The position numbers and the translations under genes were made by a program. The notes under the pieces are model-generated. The model searched no databases. It had not been told where the DNA came from and saw only the letters and a program-made list of their open reading frames with translations. DNA of 64,000 bases from positions 144,146 through 208,145 of IMG/VR virus record IMGVR_UViG_3300020186_000013. One strand, 5' to 3'. Positions 61,062 to 64,000 of this stretch are shown piece after piece; position 1 is the first letter of the stretch; every line of letters starts with the position of its first letter.

Positions 61062-63010
61062 CACTGACCTCCACCCCCGCCGCCCTGCTGCATCTGGGCC
61101 ATGGCCTGGTTACCCGCCTGGCTCTTTGTGTCCCGACGGATCTGGTCCATGCGGGCGGTGACCAGGCTATGCAGAACCTGGTTACCCTGCTTGAGCTTAC
61201 GAAGCTCAATGTCCTTCTCGCCCTCGGGCCTCCCAAGCAAACCCTGAGCAATCGTGTCTGCCGCCGCCATCATGTCCTGCGGAGTCTGGGGAACATTCGG
61301 CGACAGCTGCTGCATGTACTGCGTGACAGGACCAGCCATGCTTCCTTGCATAGCAGTAGCAGCGTCAGGGGCGGCACCACCAGGAGCACCACCGCCGCCT
61401 CCACCGCCAGCACCGCCGGGAGGAGGACCGCCACCAGCACCAGCAGACCCGCCTCCCTGAGCAGGAGGCTGACCTTTTGCAATTTGTTGTGCAAAGCCCG
61501 CTTGCTCCATTTCTTCCTGAGTGCGGCTCTGGATCTCGGACTGAGTCCGGGACTCCTCGGCCATTTGCTTCTGCTCTTGAATCCAGTCGTACCCCAGGGC
61601 CGACAGGGCACTGGTCCCCGACAGCTGCTGACTCATCATGAGCTGGAGGGCCGACATCTGCTTCTGCATGTCGTCGGCGATGGTGACCCGCTTCAGGATC
61701 GCGTCCACCGTCTCCCACGACAGGATCTGACCGACCTGCTTGACAATCCACTGGAGGGCCGAGTTGCAGTCGTGCACCAGGTGGTGCCACGTGCTCTCGA
61801 ACAGCCGCAGGGCCACCGGGGCCGTCTGAAGCTGGAGGGAGCCCTTGTACAGTTCCACAGGCGTGCCGGCGTCATTGAGCAGGGTCTCCATGCCCTGATC
61901 CATCAGCTCACGCGGGGCGAGCTGGTTGGCCTCGGCCCCGAGCATCTGGTAGTTGACGGGGAACGGCAGCACCTGCCACGACGCAGGATCGCGGCGGCGA
62001 CGCTTGATCATCGACTGGACCTGGCCCCGGAAGTCGCCGCCGTTGTACATCATCAGCGGATCTTGGGCGATGCCACCCGTCGAACTGCTGCCCTGGCGGG
62101 CACCCGGTGTGATGAGGCGGAACGGAATGACGTAGTCGAGGGCAATGGCCTCGTTGAAGCGGTGCAAGACCTGGACGTACCAGATCTGGCGGAAGTTCGA
62201 GATGATCCGGGGGATACCCCAGCCCCGGTTGAGCACGCCCGCGAGGGTCGGCTCTTTCATGTGGTAGATGGTGTCGTCGTTAAATCGGAACAGTTGGTTC
62301 TTGTGAATGGCGTCCAAGACCTGCTTGGGCACCCGTTCAAGATGGAACAGGTTGCCCTGGCGGACGGCTCGCTTGTACTCCTCGGGGATACGCCAGAGGT
62401 AGTGACATTCGTGCGTGTACGGGTCATGGAGGAGTTCGATCTCGTGCGGGTTCCACCGCTTGACCTTGATCTTGGTCTCTTCGTCATCGGCCTTGTCGTC
62501 GATCCGCCACTTGCCCCGGTAGCCGCCGCCCACCTTGCACTGCGGGCACGTGGCCGTGAAGTCCGGCATGTTGAAGGCGAACCCGAACGCGGCGTTCTCC
62601 ATCACCACCTTGAGCGGGTAATGGGCACCGCACTTGGGGCACCCCAGGAACCGCTTGAAAGGCACGATGACCGAGCTGAACGAGTTGCCGTAGCACATCC
62701 GGTCGCGGAGGAGGTTCTGCAACACCGTCATGATGTCGAGGGTGTCGTCGAGGAAGCCATCCCACTTCTTCTTCTCGTCGTCACTGACGTTGCGGATCTC
62801 CACGTCCGTGAGGAAGTAGGAGATGATCCGCTCCATCGCCATCCGGTAGGTGCCGAAGATCGAGTAGATGTACTCGCACCAGTACAGTGCGTTCCGCATC
62901 GTACCGGGGACGGCGAGAGACGAGACGTCGAGGAAGGGATCTGGGAACTGTTCGCCGCCTCCCACGCCGGAGAAGCGAGCGAACTGACCGCGAAGTGTAG
63001 CAGATCCCAT
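61061..63010 (-). CDS. Probable portal protein with Zn-ribbon insertion
   Basis: Portal-like pattern: RDRMCYGNSF, RWNPHEI, IYHMKEP....GWGIPRI, EAIA...IPFRL, QVLPFPVNYQMLG; helical Gln/Gly-rich C-terminal tail; CPKC...CPQC insert. Confidence 0.65.
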   Translation of the reverse strand: MGSATLRGQFARFSGVGGGEQFPDPFLDVSSLAVPGTMRNALYWCEYIYSIFGTYRMAMERIISYFLTDVEIRNVSDDEKKKWDGFLDDTLDIMTVLQNLLRDRMCYGNSFSSVIVPFKRFLGCPKCGAHYPLKVVMENAAFGFAFNMPDFTATCPQCKVGGGYRGKWRIDDKADDEETKIKVKRWNPHEIELLHDPYTHECHYLWRIPEEYKRAVRQGNLFHLERVPKQVLDAIHKNQLFRFNDDTIYHMKEPTLAGVLNRGWGIPRIISNFRQIWYVQVLHRFNEAIALDYVIPFRLITPGARQGSSSTGGIAQDPLMMYNGGDFRGQVQSMIKRRRRDPASWQVLPFPVNYQMLGAEANQLAPRELMDQGMETLLNDAGTPVELYKGSLQLQTAPVALRLFESTWHHLVHDCNSALQWIVKQVGQILSWETVDAILKRVTIADDMQKQMSALQLMMSQQLSGTSALSALGYDWIQEQKQMAEESRTQSEIQSRTQEEMEQAGFAQQIAKGQPPAQGGGSAGAGGGPPPGGAGGGGGGGAPGGAAPDAATAMQGSMAGPVTQYMQQLSPNVPQTPQDMMAAADTIAQGLLGRPEGEKDIELRKLKQGNQVLHSLVTARMDQIRRDTKSQAGNQAMAQMQQGGGGGGQ

Positions 63011-63049
63011 TGAAGGACCTCCATGTCCGTGTTGTGATCTGCCCGAGGC

Positions 63050-63220
63050 TTACTGCTTTGGCGTCTCAGCGGCCTTCTCGGCCATCTTGCTCAGCGTGTC
63101 GTGGCCGCACCCCTGGTGCACGTGGCCGCACTTCTGATCCGCCGGCTGGTCGGCAGCCTTCTTCTCGTCGGGCTTGGGTGCTTCGCCCTCGCCCGAGCAA
63201 ACTCCAGTCTTCTCCATCAT
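63050..63220 (-). CDS. 56-aa protein not in the ORF track (MMEKTGVCSGEGEAPKPDEKKAADQPADQKCGHVHQGCGHDTLSKMAEKAAETPKQ)
   Basis: GAGGAG SD; manually translated; immediately upstream of the portal gene. Confidence 0.7.
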   Translation of the reverse strand: MMEKTGVCSGEGEAPKPDEKKAADQPADQKCGHVHQGCGHDTLSKMAEKAAETPKQ

Positions 63221-63247
63221 AACCTGCTCCTCTGTGTACGGACTACA

Positions 63248-64000
63248 TCACTTCACGTCTTCGTAGTCCAGGGTCTCGACGTCGTGCTTGACCAACACAA
63301 CGTGGTCGAACACGCCTTGAGGGTACGAGAAACCCATCGAAGACACAACGAAGGTCTTCTTCAGGTGCGGAACGTGCAGCTTGATCTGCTTGATGTCGAG
63401 ATCCGGCGGCTCGTACTGCTGGCCGTCCTCGTACCGCGTGTCGTACACCAGGGCGATGCAGTTCTTGCTCTCGATCACGTCGTGGTAGAACGCCGACTGC
63501 TTGCCCGTCTCGGGAAACTCGAAGAACACCCGGCGGCGGGCCTTGAGACCGATCGGACCGGTGATGTACGGCAGACCGAGAGTCTCGAAGCCGACAATAA
63601 TCCCGTCCCGGTGATCGTCCGCCAGTTCGTCGAGGTGCTGGTCGCGATCGCGGCTGCGGTCATCGTCGTCGCGGCGGTGATCGCGGGCCGCACGGACCGA
63701 GTCCTCAAAAACTGGCTTCTGAGAGTCGGCAGCGTACGGGTTATCATCGCCGACCTTCCTGCGAATGACCGACTTCGCCGGAGCCATACGAGGGCGTGGG
63801 TCAGCCGGACGGGTCGACAGCTCAGGCGACGGGCGGGACTCGTGAGATTGTCGCGGGGCCTGCTCGACGGCCCCGACCCGCTGGTTGAGCGTCTGCATGC
63901 CCTGGGCCAACTGCGACAACAACGCGACCAGGTTGGGGTCGGTTTGTGGCGGCGACGGCGGGGCGTACTGCGGCGGCGGTGCATACTGCGGCGGGGGCGG
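63248..64000 (-). CDS. Hypothetical protein, 5' partial (enters from the right edge), with PPPQYA repeats
   Basis: Open frame continues past the track start at 63922 to the window end. Confidence 0.7.
   Translation of the reverse strand, partial: PPPPQYAPPPQYAPPSPPQTDPNLVALLSQLAQGMQTLNQRVGAVEQAPRQSHESRPSPELSTRPADPRPRMAPAKSVIRRKVGDDNPYAADSQKPVFEDSVRAARDHRRDDDDRSRDRDQHLDELADDHRDGIIVGFETLGLPYITGPIGLKARRRVFFEFPETGKQSAFYHDVIESKNCIALVYDTRYEDGQQYEPPDLDIKQIKLHVPHLKKTFVVSSMGFSYPQGVFDHVVLVKHDVETLDYEDVK

Noticed and set aside
596-63013. Long plus-strand ORFs (e.g. 596-1903, 5818-7278, 13135-14715, 51693-53891, 56442-57941, 61169-63013)
   Set aside because: Antisense shadows of GC3-biased minus-strand genes. 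They have no recognisable motifs and typical shadow composition (L/V/D/H/R-rich).
1-64000. Genome-wide stop-codon reassignment (TGA or TAG)
   Set aside because: TAA, TAG and TGA all end well-defined genes, several with ATGA/TGATG coupling, and conserved enzymes are uninterrupted. Only two local TGA cases were found.
1-64000. Bacterial chromosome or eukaryotic giant virus origin
   Set aside because: Near-uniform strand, portal and tail-fibre genes, absence of housekeeping operons, and a stand-alone divergent RpoB argue against a chromosome. Shine-Dalgarno sites, translational coupling, CsrA and GroES argue against an NCLDV.

Overview
This 64 kb window is a high-GC fragment of a large (jumbo-type) tailed phage genome. 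It is not a bacterial chromosome. Essentially every real gene is on the minus strand; csrA is the only convincing plus-strand gene, and the long plus-strand ORFs in the track are antisense shadows. Phage core functions: the N-terminal ~540 aa of an RpoB-like multisubunit RNA polymerase subunit (runs off the left edge and is missing from the ORF track), a class II ribonucleotide reductase, a tubulin/FtsZ-family GTPase, a probable portal with a Zn-ribbon insert, tail-fibre-like genes, two HNH endonucleases, GroES, PyrE, and tRNA-Arg(UCU) plus an initiator-like tRNA-Met(CAU). About 11 glycosyltransferase-like genes and several sugar-modifying enzymes are interleaved with, and translationally coupled to, structural genes. 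Several genes resemble planctomycete (Gemmata-like) families, suggesting a Planctomycetota host (inference). The most unusual signal is a dispersed family of Gly/Ala-rich proteins whose modules are delimited by a recurrent K-x-A motif (EKEA, EKRA, DKLA, KQA, KTAA, KSA). The motif is often preceded by a shared 'F..C...G.t..qi..av' leader and followed by fusion-peptide-like 'xFGA(L/V)G' segments. It also appears to cap or separate the domains of putative counter-defence enzymes (a Nudix-kinase-HAD fusion and a 2H phosphoesterase). My working hypothesis is a protease-processed virion cargo/ejection polyprotein system. All family assignments come from motif recognition by eye; no database searches were run.
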